A stretch of 63,606 nt of DNA, counting the filler, from Candidatus Aminicenantales bacterium (GTDB taxonomy: Bacteria > Acidobacteriota > Aminicenantia > Aminicenantales > Saccharicenantaceae), in the NCBI GenBank assembly GCA_049512315.1. It is 3 parts of 3 records of this genome, joined end to end, with 100 filler letters (N's around TTAATTAATTAA, not from the genome) between each part and the next. Parts side by side here need not be neighbours in the genome. Positions count along the whole stretch, not along the records: positions 1 to 23,577 come from JBEKXF010000037.1; 2 more parts are not named here. One strand, given 5' to 3'. Position numbers and translations under genes: made by a program. Under the pieces are notes generated by a model. That model saw nothing but the letters and a program-made list of their open reading frames with translations. It searched no databases and was not told the DNA's origin. Below are positions 8,629 through 19,092 of this stretch, piece by piece (position 1 is the stretch's first letter; each line of letters begins with the position of its first letter).

Positions 8629-9936
8629 ATGGGCCGGATACTTTCACTCAAACGCAGGCAGTTTTTCAAGGAATCCGCCCTCGGGGTCTTCGGGACCGGG
8701 CTGGCCGCCCGGGGGGGCGTGCCGTGGGGACAGGAACAGACCGAAGCTCCCCTCAGGATCCGGGAATACCGGGTCCTGGGCCGGACCGGCTTCAAGGTGT
8801 CCGACCTCGGCTGCGGCTCCATCATGGACGCCGGCGTTCTCCGGGCCGCCTTCGAGGCCGGCATGAACTATGTCGACAGCGCTGAAGAGTATCCGGGCCA
8901 CCACCGGATCGTTGCCAAGGCCATGAAGGGCCGTGACAGGAAGTCCGTGTTCATCACGACGAAGCTCGAGGTCCAGGAAGACAAGTCAAAAGAGGGGTTC
9001 CTCAAACGGGCCCGCAAGGCCTTGGAAGAGCTCCAGCTCGAATCCGTTGACTGTCTGATGATGCACATGCCCGAGAAGGCCGCGACACTCAAGACCGAGG
9101 GATTCCATGCAGCGATGACCGAGCTTAAGGCCGAGGGCCGGGTCCGCTTCGTCGGAATTTCCAACCACGGGTCGTTCTGGTTCCGCGACCCGGAGGAGAC
9201 CATGGAAAAGGTCCTCGGGGCGGCCGCCGAGGACGGCCGCTTCGACGTCGTCCTCATGGCCCACAACTTCCTCCGCCGTGACCGGTCGGAAAAGGTCCTG
9301 GAGCTCTGCGGCCGGAAGGGGATCGGGGTGGCCCTGATGAAGACGACCCCGATCGCCATCTATGAAACCCTGAAGTCCCGGATCGAGGACCTGGAAAAGA
9401 AGAAGCAGGCGGTCGATCCTCTCTACGCCGGCGGCCTGAAGCGCTACAAGGAGAGGTTCGAAGCCGCCCGGGAGTTCGTCGAGACGCACAACCTCCGCGA
9501 CGCCGGCGAGATCCGGGACGCGGCCGTCCGGTTCGTCCTCGGCAACCCGAACGTCGGCACCGTCTGTTGCCTGGTGAAGACGTACCAGGAGCTCGATGGG
9601 TTCATCCGCCTCTCCGGGACACGGCTGGGCGGGGCGGACAAGTCCCGGCTCACGGCCTACCGGGAAGGCTGCGGCGGGCTCTATTGCCGCCATGCCTGCG
9701 GAGTCTGCGAGCCGCGCTGCCCGCACGGCGTTCCGGTCAACACCATCATGCGCTACCAGCATTATTTCGCGGCCCAAGGCCGGGAGAAGGAGGCCATGGG
9801 GCTTTACGGCCGGATCCCCGGGGCCAGGGCGGACGCCTGCCGGACCTGTCCGGGCCACTGCGAATCCGGCTGTCCCTACGGCGTCCCCATCCAGGGCATG
9901 CTCATCGCCGCCCACGACACCCTGACCCTGGCCTAG
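8629..9936 (+). CDS. Aldo/keto reductase with C-terminal Fe-S domain and Tat signal
   Basis: RRQFFK; YRVLGRTGFKVS, DSAEEY; CRHACGVCEPRCP and CRTCPGHCESGCP. Confidence 0.88.
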   Translation: MGRILSLKRRQFFKESALGVFGTGLAARGGVPWGQEQTEAPLRIREYRVLGRTGFKVSDLGCGSIMDAGVLRAAFEAGMNYVDSAEEYPGHHRIVAKAMKGRDRKSVFITTKLEVQEDKSKEGFLKRARKALEELQLESVDCLMMHMPEKAATLKTEGFHAAMTELKAEGRVRFVGISNHGSFWFRDPEETMEKVLGAAAEDGRFDVVLMAHNFLRRDRSEKVLELCGRKGIGVALMKTTPIAIYETLKSRIEDLEKKKQAVDPLYAGGLKRYKERFEAAREFVETHNLRDAGEIRDAAVRFVLGNPNVGTVCCLVKTYQELDGFIRLSGTRLGGADKSRLTAYREGCGGLYCRHACGVCEPRCPHGVPVNTIMRYQHYFAAQGREKEAMGLYGRIPGARADACRTCPGHCESGCPYGVPIQGMLIAAHDTLTLA

Positions 9937-10173
9937 GCCCGGGATCGGGCCGCGAGGTCAAAGCGGTCGGTCACGCCCCCGCCGGACGTCTTGCGCCGTC
10001 CAAGAATCAGGACATCTGTATCCCTATATATACTATCGGATTATGTGATTTACTGCCTGAAGAGCCTGACTCCTGCCGGCGGAGAATCTCCCGGCCGGAT
10101 CGGCCGCCCTCCGGCCCCTGAAGAATGACGTCAAGCAGGGGAAAAGGCCTCCCCTCTCCATTTTGCGCCATTT

Positions 10174-10189
10174 TGGCACGCCTCTTGCA
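10174..10189 (+). promoter_or_regulatory. Sigma54 (-24/-12) promoter
   Basis: TGGCAC-GCCTC-TTGCA, consensus match, ~30 nt before ATG 10219. Confidence 0.8.
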
Positions 10190-10218
10190 TGTTATGAGGA
10201 CGAAGTGAGGAGGTCAAA

Positions 10219-10797
10219 ATGAAAGCCTTAACAACCGTTTTAGCAGTCCTTTTCCTGTTCTCGGCCGCTTTCCCCCAGACGAAGGACCTGGGAATGGGGG
10301 CGTACTCTAACGAAAAGGGCCCCATCATGCTGGCCGTTGACTCCAGCCTTGTTTCCTTGCAGATGAAGGAACCTTACGTGATGTTCGTCGTCTACATGGC
10401 GGCGAGGGATAGCAACCAGAACATCGTGGTGAGCAGGGACGGCATCGTCATGGTCTACAAGGGCCAGGAATACAAGATGCCCTCCCTCAAGGCTCTCCGG
10501 CAGGACTACAAGGGCGAGATCCACGATCTCAGCTTTTATCGGCACCTGGGGAAGGAAGGGCTGATCGCCACATGGATCAGGCTCTACAGATTCCCCGACC
10601 AGGGCGATTTCTTCCCTCCCAATTCCATGAACGCCCAGGTCGTGACGGACGAGGGGTCGATGGCGGCTCAGCTCGGCTTCCGGACCAAGTGTTATTTCAA
10701 GAACCCGGGCTTCCAAAACGGCGACAAGCTCGTCATCCGGGTCACGGCCAAGAACAACCCCGCCCTCGGCGGAGAGGTCGAGGTCATTCTCAAGTAA
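10219..10797 (+). CDS. Secreted hypothetical protein
   Basis: GAGGAGG RBS; signal peptide. Confidence 0.8.
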   Translation: MKALTTVLAVLFLFSAAFPQTKDLGMGAYSNEKGPIMLAVDSSLVSLQMKEPYVMFVVYMAARDSNQNIVVSRDGIVMVYKGQEYKMPSLKALRQDYKGEIHDLSFYRHLGKEGLIATWIRLYRFPDQGDFFPPNSMNAQVVTDEGSMAAQLGFRTKCYFKNPGFQNGDKLVIRVTAKNNPALGGEVEVILK

Positions 10798-10931
10798 GAT
10801 CCTTTTCCTTGCGTACGTCCCGGCCCGGGCTTCCCCCGCCCGGGCCGGGACCCTCTCTTGAGGGCTCCCATATTGACAGCCCCCAGCCCAAGTGATACAT
10901 AGGATTTTCTGATCTCGACAAGGAGGTCCTC

Positions 10932-13565
10932 ATGAATCACCCGCGCGCGGGACGCTTCTTCCTCTTCCTGACCATCGCCACCTTCGCCGCGCCTGTCCTC
11001 ATGGCCCAGACGGCGCCCGAGAAATTCCTCGGCTTCAAAGTCGGCGCCGACCGGAAGCTGGCCGATTACGGCCAGATCACCGCCTATTTCCAGAAGCTTG
11101 CTCAGGAGTCTCCGAAGATCAAGCTGTTCACGATCGGCGAGTCGGTCCAGAAAAGGCCGATGATCATGGCCGCGATCTCCACGCCCGAAAACCTGGCCAG
11201 GCTCGACCGGTGGAAGGAGATCACCCACAAGCTCCGTGACCCGCGTCTGACGACCGCCGAAGAGGCCCGCAAGCTCGCCCGCGAAGGCAAGGCTATCGTC
11301 CTCATCACCTGTTCCATCCATTCCACGGAGATCGCCGCCTCCCAGATGTCCATGGAGCTTGCCTATGACCTCGTTACGGGCAAAACGTTCTATGACGCCA
11401 ACAAGATCCTCAGCGACGTCATCGTCCTCCTGGTTCCCACCCATAATCCCGACGGCAACCAGATGGTCGTCGACTGGTACAAAAAATACGTCGGCACGAA
11501 GTACGAGGGCGGCAACATGCCCTGGCTCTATCATTATTACGCGGGCCACGACGACAACCGCGATTGGTTCATGTTCAACCTTCCGGAGACCCGGGCGGTG
11601 AGCAAGGTCGACTACCAGGATTGGCTGCCTCAGATCCACATCGACGAACATCAGCAGGGATCGAACGGAGCCCGGCTCTTCATCCCTCCCTTCATGGACC
11701 CTCCCCTTCCCAACATCCAGCCGATGGTCTGGAGGACCGTCAACCTCATGGGCACGGCCATGGCCTACGACCTCCAGAAGCACGGCCTGAGCGGGGTCGT
11801 CAACGGCCGATCCTACACGGCCTGGTGGATCGGGGCCTGCGATGACACGCCATGGCTCCATAACATTGTCGGCATTCTGAGCGAGGCCGCCTCGGTCCGG
11901 GTCGCAAGTCCGATGTCCATCGAGCCGAGCGAGATCCCGGATTCCTTCTACGAAAAGCGGACGGATTTCATCGACCCCTGGCCGGGCGGCTGGTGGCGGC
12001 TCCGCGACATCGTCGACTACGAGCTCGTCCTGTCCAAGAGCCTGGTCAAGGCGGCGGGTCTCAACAAGGAAGATCTGCTGCTCAATTTTTACCAGATGTA
12101 TAAGGATTCCGTCGAGAACGTGGACCGGGGCCAGCCCTACGCCTTCGTCATCCCGGCGAAGCAGCGCGACTACCAGACCATGTGGAAGATGGTCGAGATC
12201 CTGATGATGGGCGGCGTCGAGGTCCACCAGGCCAAGGCCGACTTCTTGGCCGGCGGCCGGCTTTACGGCGCCGGATCGTTCGTCGTCAAGATGGCCCAGC
12301 CTTATAAAACCTATGCTTGGGCGCTCCTCGAAAAGCAGAAATACCCCGACATCCGCCAGTTCCCGGGCGGCCCCCCTGTCCCGCCTTACGACAATGCGGC
12401 CTGGACGCTTCCCCTCCAGATGGGCGTCGCCTGCGACCAGGTTGACGAGCCTTTCGAGGCCAAGCTCGAAAAGATCGACAAGGTCCCCTACCCCAAGGTC
12501 CCGGCGCAAGGCGGGCGGGCCTATTTTGCCCTCGATTCCCGGGCCAATGCGTCCTACGCCATGGTCTTCGCCCTGCTGAAGGAACAGGCGGAGGTCTGGC
12601 GGACGAAGACAAAGGCGTCCCTCAAGGGGATCGACGTCCCCGCAGGAAGCTTCATCGTCAAGAACTCGGCCGCGGTGAAAAAGGTCCTTCCTGCCCTCGC
12701 GGAAAAATACCATATGGCCGTCCTCGATCTCGACGACCTCGGCGGCGTCGAAAAGGCGCCGGTCAAGAACCCGCGGATCGGCCTGTTCCAATCCTGGCGC
12801 GCCAATATGGACGAGGGCTGGACGCGCTACGTCTTTGACGACATGGGCATCCCCTTCAAATCGCTTCATAACGAAGACATCAAGGGGACCAAGGACAAGA
12901 AAGCCGACCTGCGGGCCGACTACGACGTCATCGTCTTTGCCGACGAGAACGCCAACACGATCAAGGGCACCCGGCCGGGGGCCGGCGGGCCTGGCGCGCC
13001 CGGCGGCGCCGAGTCCCCGATGGCCCGGATGTTCCGGATGATGGCCGTCGTGCCGCCCGAGTACGAAGGCGGCATCGGCCAGGAGGGCGTCGACAATCTC
13101 AAGGCGTTCGTCGAGAAGGGCGGGATCCTCGTTGCCCTCAACGGCGCCTCAGAGTTCGCCATCAGCGAGTTCGGCGCTCCGGCCCGCAACACCCTTCAGG
13201 GCATCGACCGGACCAAGTTTTTCTGTCCCACGTCGATCCTGCGCATCCTCGTCGACAACGAAACGCCGATCGGCTACGGCATGCCCAAGGAGGCCGCGGC
13301 CATGTTCGTCAACAGCTTGGCCCTGGACACATTCTCCCCGCCTTACGATTGGGACCGCAAGGTCGTGGCCACCTATCCGGAGGACAGCGTCCTGCTGAGC
13401 GGCTGGCTCCTGGGCGAGGAGTACCTGACCCGCAAGGCGGCCGTCGTGGACACAAAATACAAGGACGGCCGGATCATCCTCATCGGGATCCGGTGCCAGA
13501 ACCGGGCCCAGTCCCACGGCACCTACAAGTTCCTGCTGAACGCGCTTCTTTACCCTGGGCAATAA
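10932..13565 (+). CDS. Secreted M14 family zinc carboxypeptidase-like protein
   Basis: IHSTE zinc motif, NPDG, DNRD, IDEHQ; signal peptide; AGGAGG RBS. Confidence 0.88.
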   Translation: MNHPRAGRFFLFLTIATFAAPVLMAQTAPEKFLGFKVGADRKLADYGQITAYFQKLAQESPKIKLFTIGESVQKRPMIMAAISTPENLARLDRWKEITHKLRDPRLTTAEEARKLAREGKAIVLITCSIHSTEIAASQMSMELAYDLVTGKTFYDANKILSDVIVLLVPTHNPDGNQMVVDWYKKYVGTKYEGGNMPWLYHYYAGHDDNRDWFMFNLPETRAVSKVDYQDWLPQIHIDEHQQGSNGARLFIPPFMDPPLPNIQPMVWRTVNLMGTAMAYDLQKHGLSGVVNGRSYTAWWIGACDDTPWLHNIVGILSEAASVRVASPMSIEPSEIPDSFYEKRTDFIDPWPGGWWRLRDIVDYELVLSKSLVKAAGLNKEDLLLNFYQMYKDSVENVDRGQPYAFVIPAKQRDYQTMWKMVEILMMGGVEVHQAKADFLAGGRLYGAGSFVVKMAQPYKTYAWALLEKQKYPDIRQFPGGPPVPPYDNAAWTLPLQMGVACDQVDEPFEAKLEKIDKVPYPKVPAQGGRAYFALDSRANASYAMVFALLKEQAEVWRTKTKASLKGIDVPAGSFIVKNSAAVKKVLPALAEKYHMAVLDLDDLGGVEKAPVKNPRIGLFQSWRANMDEGWTRYVFDDMGIPFKSLHNEDIKGTKDKKADLRADYDVIVFADENANTIKGTRPGAGGPGAPGGAESPMARMFRMMAVVPPEYEGGIGQEGVDNLKAFVEKGGILVALNGASEFAISEFGAPARNTLQGIDRTKFFCPTSILRILVDNETPIGYGMPKEAAAMFVNSLALDTFSPPYDWDRKVVATYPEDSVLLSGWLLGEEYLTRKAAVVDTKYKDGRIILIGIRCQNRAQSHGTYKFLLNALLYPGQ

Positions 13566-13661
13566 GGGGACAGTCGAAGGACGGGCCGGCAGCGAATCGA
13601 AGCCATCCGGAGGAGCGGGCGCCCCGGCGGGGCCTCTGAGCGGCCAGGACCGGGCGCCTTT

Positions 13662-16004
13662 TTATTTGGCCCTGAGGACGACGGATTCGCCGGGCTTCAT
13701 TTCTATTTCGAAGATGTCTCCGGCTTTCCGGACCCGGTCGGGAGGGATCCCTCTGACCTCTGGGGTCACTCCAACGCTGAACGGGTTCTGAAGCCTGAGC
13801 TTCCCGCCGCTCTCCGAGACCACGCGGACTTCCCCGACCGACCCGCTTTTTTTCCTGGCCGAGACGAGGAACGCCCCGTAGGTTCTCAGAAGGTCGAAGG
13901 CCGCGTCCTTCCAGGCGTCCGGAACGGCCGGGAAAAGCCGGACGACACCCGTGTGGCTCTGGAGGAGCATCTCCTGGACCGCAGCCGCGAAGGCGAAATT
14001 CCCCTCGAGGGTGAAGGGCCTGTAGGTGAACTTGGACTTGCCGCTTTTCGTCTGGTCGCCGTTCGCGTGGAAGCTGTTGGGCAGGCAGAAGCACTGGGCA
14101 AATGTCCTCAGGGCCCCCGCCGCCTTTTCTCCGTCCGAGGCGCGGGCGGCCAGATTGCCCAGCCAGCTGTAAGAATAGCCGCACCACCAGTCGGGCCCGA
14201 GGCGGTCGAGCTCGGCCAGGGAGCTCTTGATCGTCCTCCGGTCGGCCTCCCCGTTCGCCCAATCCACGAGCCCCAGCGGGTGGATGGCCATGAGGTGCGA
14301 GAAATGCCTGTGGGATTCCTTGAGCGGGTAACCGGGGGCGACCAGGAGCCGGCCGTCATCCTGCGACCGGGCGAGCTCGGGCCACTCGGAGAGAGTTTTG
14401 AGCCAGCGGTCCCGGTCCTTCTTGAGGTCCAGCTCCCCCGCGAGCTCGGCGGCCGCTCCATAGAGCCAGCGGATGAGGGCCAGGTCGAAGTTGGTCGTTT
14501 CCATGAACCAGGCGTCGACCCGGTTGTCGTTAATCTCCGGGCTCGAGCTGAGAGGCAGCTGCCTCTTTCCGTCATCCCGGCGGACCGCGACGGCGTCGAG
14601 GAAGGTCGCCACGTCCTTGATCCACGGGTAGGCCCGGTCCTCGAGGAAGGCACGGTCCCGGCTGAACTGCCAGTGGAGATAGAAGTGCTGGGCCAGCCAG
14701 GCGGAAACCGTCGGCCCGAGGGAATACTGGATCCAGCCTCCCATGGGCTGGCCGGTCAGAGTACAGACTCCCGGCACGTTCAAACCATCGGCATTGAAAT
14801 AGAGTTTGGTATATCGCTTGGCCTCGGGCCTGATCGCCCAGAGCCAATCAACGAAGGCCTGGCCCTCCTCGAGATGGTTGCCGCTGTAGCACGGCCAGTA
14901 GCTCAATTGGGTGTTGAGGTCGTTGTGGAAATCCCCCTTCCAGGGCGGCAGGTTGCCGTCGTCGGCCGTCCAAACGGCCTGGAGAGTGATCGGCGGTGCT
15001 CCCCGCCTGGATGCTGCCCCGAACTTATAGGTTTCGAGATACCACTGTCTCTCGATCAACGGGTCGGGGAGCTCGATGGCCGACTTGGACCAGAACCTTT
15101 TCCACCAGGCCTTGTGGGAATCGAGGTCGATGACGGCCAGCCGCTTCCAGGCCGCGGCCACGGATTCGGAGGCGTCCCCGCCCCCGTCCCTCCCCGGAAC
15201 GCGGGCGCTCACGCTCCAGACGCCGATCATGAAATTGGGGTCCGGCTTTTTCCATTCGACCGCGACATCGTAGCTCATCCCACCCCAGCCCTTCTGGTGA
15301 TAACGGATCGAGTTGGTTTCTTGAGTCATCTCCGGCCCCGGATAGCCCAGGCTGGCCAGCGTCTTGCCGGGAGCGGCGGCCGTCGGGGCGCCTACGGGGA
15401 CGGCCGGCACATAGGCGGGCGGGACGAGGCGCGGCACCAGGGACTCGGGCACTCCCTCGAACCTGAACCAGCCGACGGGCTCGACCGCGTGGACGTAGGT
15501 CGTCAGGGTGGCCCCGTTTTTCCACCTGACCTCGCACAAGGCATCGTTCAGGGCCAGCCGGACCGATTCCACCTCACCAAGGGCCGCGATGTCAAACTCC
15601 AGCGCGCCGGCCGGGATCTTCGTCGGCGCCGGGTCGCGGTCATAAGGGAGGTCGCCAAGCTCATGGACCGGCTCGTAATCGTTCTTCAGGATCTGCTCCC
15701 GGACCCATGAGAGCCGAAATCTCCCCGTCTCGAACTCCTTGACCGGCCTCAGGTCCCAGAGGTCGGCCCGGTCGAGCGACAGGCGGAGAGAGCCGTCCTT
15801 CTGCCAGACCAGGGCCCCGAGGAGCCCGTTGCCGAGCGGGATCCCCTCATCCCAGCTCTGGGCCAGGGCCTTGAAGGCGAGATCATGCCGGTCCGAGGGC
15901 AGGGTCGCCGCCCCGACGACGGTCGAGCACCACAGGCAGAGAACCGGAAAGATCCGGATGAGTTCCGAAACCTGCCCGACCCGGCTTCTCGCGTTCTTTT
16001 CCAT
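13662..16004 (-). CDS. Glycoside hydrolase family 95-like (alpha-L-fucosidase-like)
   Basis: WDEGIPLGNG, PPWKGDFHNDLNTQ, SSSPE, HRHFSHL, TLEGNF, EMLLQSH. Confidence 0.88.
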   Translation of the reverse strand: MEKNARSRVGQVSELIRIFPVLCLWCSTVVGAATLPSDRHDLAFKALAQSWDEGIPLGNGLLGALVWQKDGSLRLSLDRADLWDLRPVKEFETGRFRLSWVREQILKNDYEPVHELGDLPYDRDPAPTKIPAGALEFDIAALGEVESVRLALNDALCEVRWKNGATLTTYVHAVEPVGWFRFEGVPESLVPRLVPPAYVPAVPVGAPTAAAPGKTLASLGYPGPEMTQETNSIRYHQKGWGGMSYDVAVEWKKPDPNFMIGVWSVSARVPGRDGGGDASESVAAAWKRLAVIDLDSHKAWWKRFWSKSAIELPDPLIERQWYLETYKFGAASRRGAPPITLQAVWTADDGNLPPWKGDFHNDLNTQLSYWPCYSGNHLEEGQAFVDWLWAIRPEAKRYTKLYFNADGLNVPGVCTLTGQPMGGWIQYSLGPTVSAWLAQHFYLHWQFSRDRAFLEDRAYPWIKDVATFLDAVAVRRDDGKRQLPLSSSPEINDNRVDAWFMETTNFDLALIRWLYGAAAELAGELDLKKDRDRWLKTLSEWPELARSQDDGRLLVAPGYPLKESHRHFSHLMAIHPLGLVDWANGEADRRTIKSSLAELDRLGPDWWCGYSYSWLGNLAARASDGEKAAGALRTFAQCFCLPNSFHANGDQTKSGKSKFTYRPFTLEGNFAFAAAVQEMLLQSHTGVVRLFPAVPDAWKDAAFDLLRTYGAFLVSARKKSGSVGEVRVVSESGGKLRLQNPFSVGVTPEVRGIPPDRVRKAGDIFEIEMKPGESVVLRAK

Positions 16005-16201
16005 GGGCTTCCCCTCCGTCCATTTTTCCCGACGTTGACCTGGCCCCTATTTTAATTTAAGGCAAGGAAAAAGTCATCGAAATTCTCCCGGCGCGGCGGA
16101 CGGCACGGGGTCCGGGGCAAACTCGCTCCCCGGCCGAGGGAACCAAAAGGAGAGGGGCAGGGTCGAAGGAAAGCCGGGAGGTGGGCCGCTTGCCCGGGGG
16201 C

Positions 16202-16585
16202 TCAAGCGCCCAGGACCTGGGTCGCCCTGTCGATGTTGGAGACATCCATGATGACCGAGACGGTGTTGCCCTTGCGGGAGAGCGTGCCGTAGCAGTATTC
16301 GATGTTGATCCCCTCGTCGCCGAGCTTGGTCGTCACGTCGGCCAGGGCTCCCGGCCGGTTCTCGAGGTCGACCCGGAGCACGTCCCGGAGTTCAACGATG
16401 TAATTGAGCTTGCCCAGGAGCTTGACCGCCTTATTCAGGTTCTGGACACACAGCTTCGCGGTGTCATGGAAAACGCCGATGGCGTCGATATTGATCTCGT
16501 TCTCGGCCAGGAAGCTGCAGAGGTCGCCCAGGACGGACGGCTTGTTTTCCAGGATGACGTAAAGCTCGGTGACCCGTTCGATCAT
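16202..16585 (-). CDS. Tandem ACT domain protein
   Basis: LENKPSVL / LENRPGAL...GINIEY repeats. Confidence 0.88.
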   Translation of the reverse strand: MIERVTELYVILENKPSVLGDLCSFLAENEINIDAIGVFHDTAKLCVQNLNKAVKLLGKLNYIVELRDVLRVDLENRPGALADVTTKLGDEGINIEYCYGTLSRKGNTVSVIMDVSNIDRATQVLGA

Positions 16586-16725
16586 GTCTTGACCCCCTAC
16601 CGAAGATTAACCATCATCGCCGGCGGCGCTGATTCAGCCTTTGTCGAGTCTCGCTTAACCCCGCTTCATTTTATAGCACGAACGGGCCGGTCACGCAAGG
16701 GAAGCCGCCCGCGGAATGGACGGGC

Positions 16726-18144
16726 TCAATCGAAGATCTTCCCGGGGTTCATGATGCCGGCCGGGTCGAAGACCTTCTTGATGCCCCTCATGAGGTCGAT
16801 CTGCTTCTCGTCTAGGACCAAGGAGAGATAGGGTTTTTTGACCAGGCCGATGCCGTGCTCGCCCGAGATGACGCCCCCCCGCTCCCGGCAGTCCCGGAAG
16901 AGCTCCTCCCGGACCTTGTCGACCTTGTCCCGCCATTCGCTCACGGGGACGGGGACCATCCGACCGTTCATGTACCTGGCCTTCATGATGTGGGTGTGGA
17001 TGTTGCCGTCGGCGGCGTGCCCGAAGGTCGGCAGCCAGATGTCGTACTTCCGAGCGATCTCGCCCACCTTCCGTACGTGACCGGCGATCTCGGCCCGGGG
17101 GACCGAGATGTCCAGGATCTCGACGGTTCCGGCCTTGATGGCCTCATAGATCTTAGAGCGGATGGATAAAACTTCCTCCTGCCGGCTGGCCGTTTCGGCG
17201 ATGAAGATGTTCATGGCCTCCTTCTCGAGGCAGACATCCGCCACGGCCTGCGAAAGCCGGTCCATCTCCTCTTCGGAGTTGGCGTCGAGGATGATCAAAA
17301 GATGGGTCTTCCCCATCTTCGTCGGCCATTTCAGCCGGAGGTATTCCTCGGCCAGGGCGATAGGCTCGACTTCCAGGAATTCGACGGCCATGGGCACGAT
17401 CCCCCTCTTCAGGAGGAGCGGCACGGTGTCGATCGCCGGCTCGAGCTCGGCGAAGGGGACGACGAGCGACCGGGTCAGGGCCGGCTTGGCGATGAGCTGG
17501 ATGATGACCTTGGTGATGACGCCGAGCGTGCCCTCGGAGCCGACGAACAGGTGCATGAGGCTGTAGCCTGTGCTCGACTTGATGAACTTCCCGCCGAGCT
17601 TGAGGACATCCCCCGTCGGGGAGACGACCTCGAGCCCCCGCACGTAGCTCCGGATCGTGCCGTACTTGACGGCCCGGCTGCCGCCCGCATTGGTCGCGAT
17701 GAGACCGCCCAGCATGGCGCTCTCGTCGCCCGGGTGCGCCGGGAAATAGAGGCCGGCGTACTCGACGGCCGTCGCCAGGTCCGAGAGCCGGAGGCCCGCT
17801 TCCGCCACGGCCAACTGGTTCTCGCTGTCGATCTCGAGGACCCTGTTCATCCGTTCGAGGGACAGGACGATGCCGCCGCAGGCGGGGACGCAGCCGCCGC
17901 AGAGCCCCGTCGCCCCTCCGCGGGGGGTCACCGGGACCATCCGCCCCGAAGCCAGCTTGAGGATCTCGGCCACCTGGTATTCCGTCTCCGGCTTGACGAC
18001 GAGCTCCGGCTCGCGGGCGATCTCCCGCAGGGAGAATTCGTCGTGGCTGTAGTCGACGGTCTTTTCGGCGCCGGAGAGGACATTCTCCTTGCCGATGATG
18101 GCCTCGATGGCCTCCCGCACCTCGGACGTTATGCGTTCATACAT
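16726..18144 (-). CDS. FAD-linked oxidase, GlcD / D-lactate dehydrogenase family
   Basis: PRGGATGLCGG, NAGG, GSEGTLGV, GHAADGNIH, ISGEHGIG, MNPGK. Confidence 0.92.
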   Translation of the reverse strand: MYERITSEVREAIEAIIGKENVLSGAEKTVDYSHDEFSLREIAREPELVVKPETEYQVAEILKLASGRMVPVTPRGGATGLCGGCVPACGGIVLSLERMNRVLEIDSENQLAVAEAGLRLSDLATAVEYAGLYFPAHPGDESAMLGGLIATNAGGSRAVKYGTIRSYVRGLEVVSPTGDVLKLGGKFIKSSTGYSLMHLFVGSEGTLGVITKVIIQLIAKPALTRSLVVPFAELEPAIDTVPLLLKRGIVPMAVEFLEVEPIALAEEYLRLKWPTKMGKTHLLIILDANSEEEMDRLSQAVADVCLEKEAMNIFIAETASRQEEVLSIRSKIYEAIKAGTVEILDISVPRAEIAGHVRKVGEIARKYDIWLPTFGHAADGNIHTHIMKARYMNGRMVPVPVSEWRDKVDKVREELFRDCRERGGVISGEHGIGLVKKPYLSLVLDEKQIDLMRGIKKVFDPAGIMNPGKIFD

Positions 18145-18287
18145 GGGCAGCTCTCCTGGGCTGATGGACGGGCAGCGGGACGGGGTCTCTCCTGGCGGAG
18201 GGACCGGTTTCGTTTCATGGGACGCGCTCGATCAGAACTCATTATATCAAACTCCGCATAATTCCTGTCAAACGGATCCCCGGGGAT

Positions 18288-19082
18288 TTAGCGACCGGTG
18301 TCCACGATCTTGACCTGGACCGGGAGCCCAATCATGATCTGGGGACGGGCCTTGTACTCTTCGATGAGTCCCGTGACCTCCAGCACTTGTCTTTCGAAAT
18401 CGATGGATCCGGGAAGGGCGACAAAGACGTCCGTCGGGATGACCGCTTCGAACTCCCCCTCGTCCGGCACCAGGACTCTGAACCGGCCCCGCTTGAAGGA
18501 CCGGACGCAGCGGAAGCGCACCGTCACGACCTGCCCCAGCCGGTCGCGGGCCTCAGCGGGGCCGACGACGGGCCAGGGCTTCACGCGCCAAAGGCCTTTT
18601 TCTGCCTGCCGGGCTTCCGCCTCGGCCTCGCGGAGCCTTTTTTTGATGGCCTCGTCAAAGGGGAACTTGAGATAGGCGGAGGCGTAGCCTTCCCGGACAA
18701 GGACCTCGTTGAACATCGTCCGGTCATCCGTCCAGACGTAGGCCAGGAGCCTCCCGTAGACATCCTGTTTCTCCCTGTCCCGGACAAGCCTCACGGGCTT
18801 CTGGCTGAGCTTCGAGGCGGCGAAGCGGTGGGCGAGAAACGCGGAGAGTCTGAGGCCTTCCCGCGGATCGTCGGATTCGGGGGCGTCCACGCCGATCAGG
18901 CGGACCCTTTTCTCCCCCCCGGAATCCAGCCGGACCTTGATGGTGTCCCCGTCGTAAATATAGGTGACAATTCCCGTGAGGACGTCCGCCGGCTGAGGGG
19001 ACTGGCGGGCGGCCGCCCGCCGCGTGCAGGGAAAGAGAAGGAGCCCGGCGGAGAGGATGACAGCCGAAAGAACCTTCCTCAT
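18288..19082 (-). CDS. Thermonuclease (SNase) family protein with C-terminal OB-like extension
   Basis: YDGDTI, VRLIGVDAPE, DVYGRLLAYVW, AEKGLW. Confidence 0.9.
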   Translation of the reverse strand: MRKVLSAVILSAGLLLFPCTRRAAARQSPQPADVLTGIVTYIYDGDTIKVRLDSGGEKRVRLIGVDAPESDDPREGLRLSAFLAHRFAASKLSQKPVRLVRDREKQDVYGRLLAYVWTDDRTMFNEVLVREGYASAYLKFPFDEAIKKRLREAEAEARQAEKGLWRVKPWPVVGPAEARDRLGQVVTVRFRCVRSFKRGRFRVLVPDEGEFEAVIPTDVFVALPGSIDFERQVLEVTGLIEEYKARPQIMIGLPVQVKIVDTGR

Positions 19083-19092
19083 GACGATGGCC

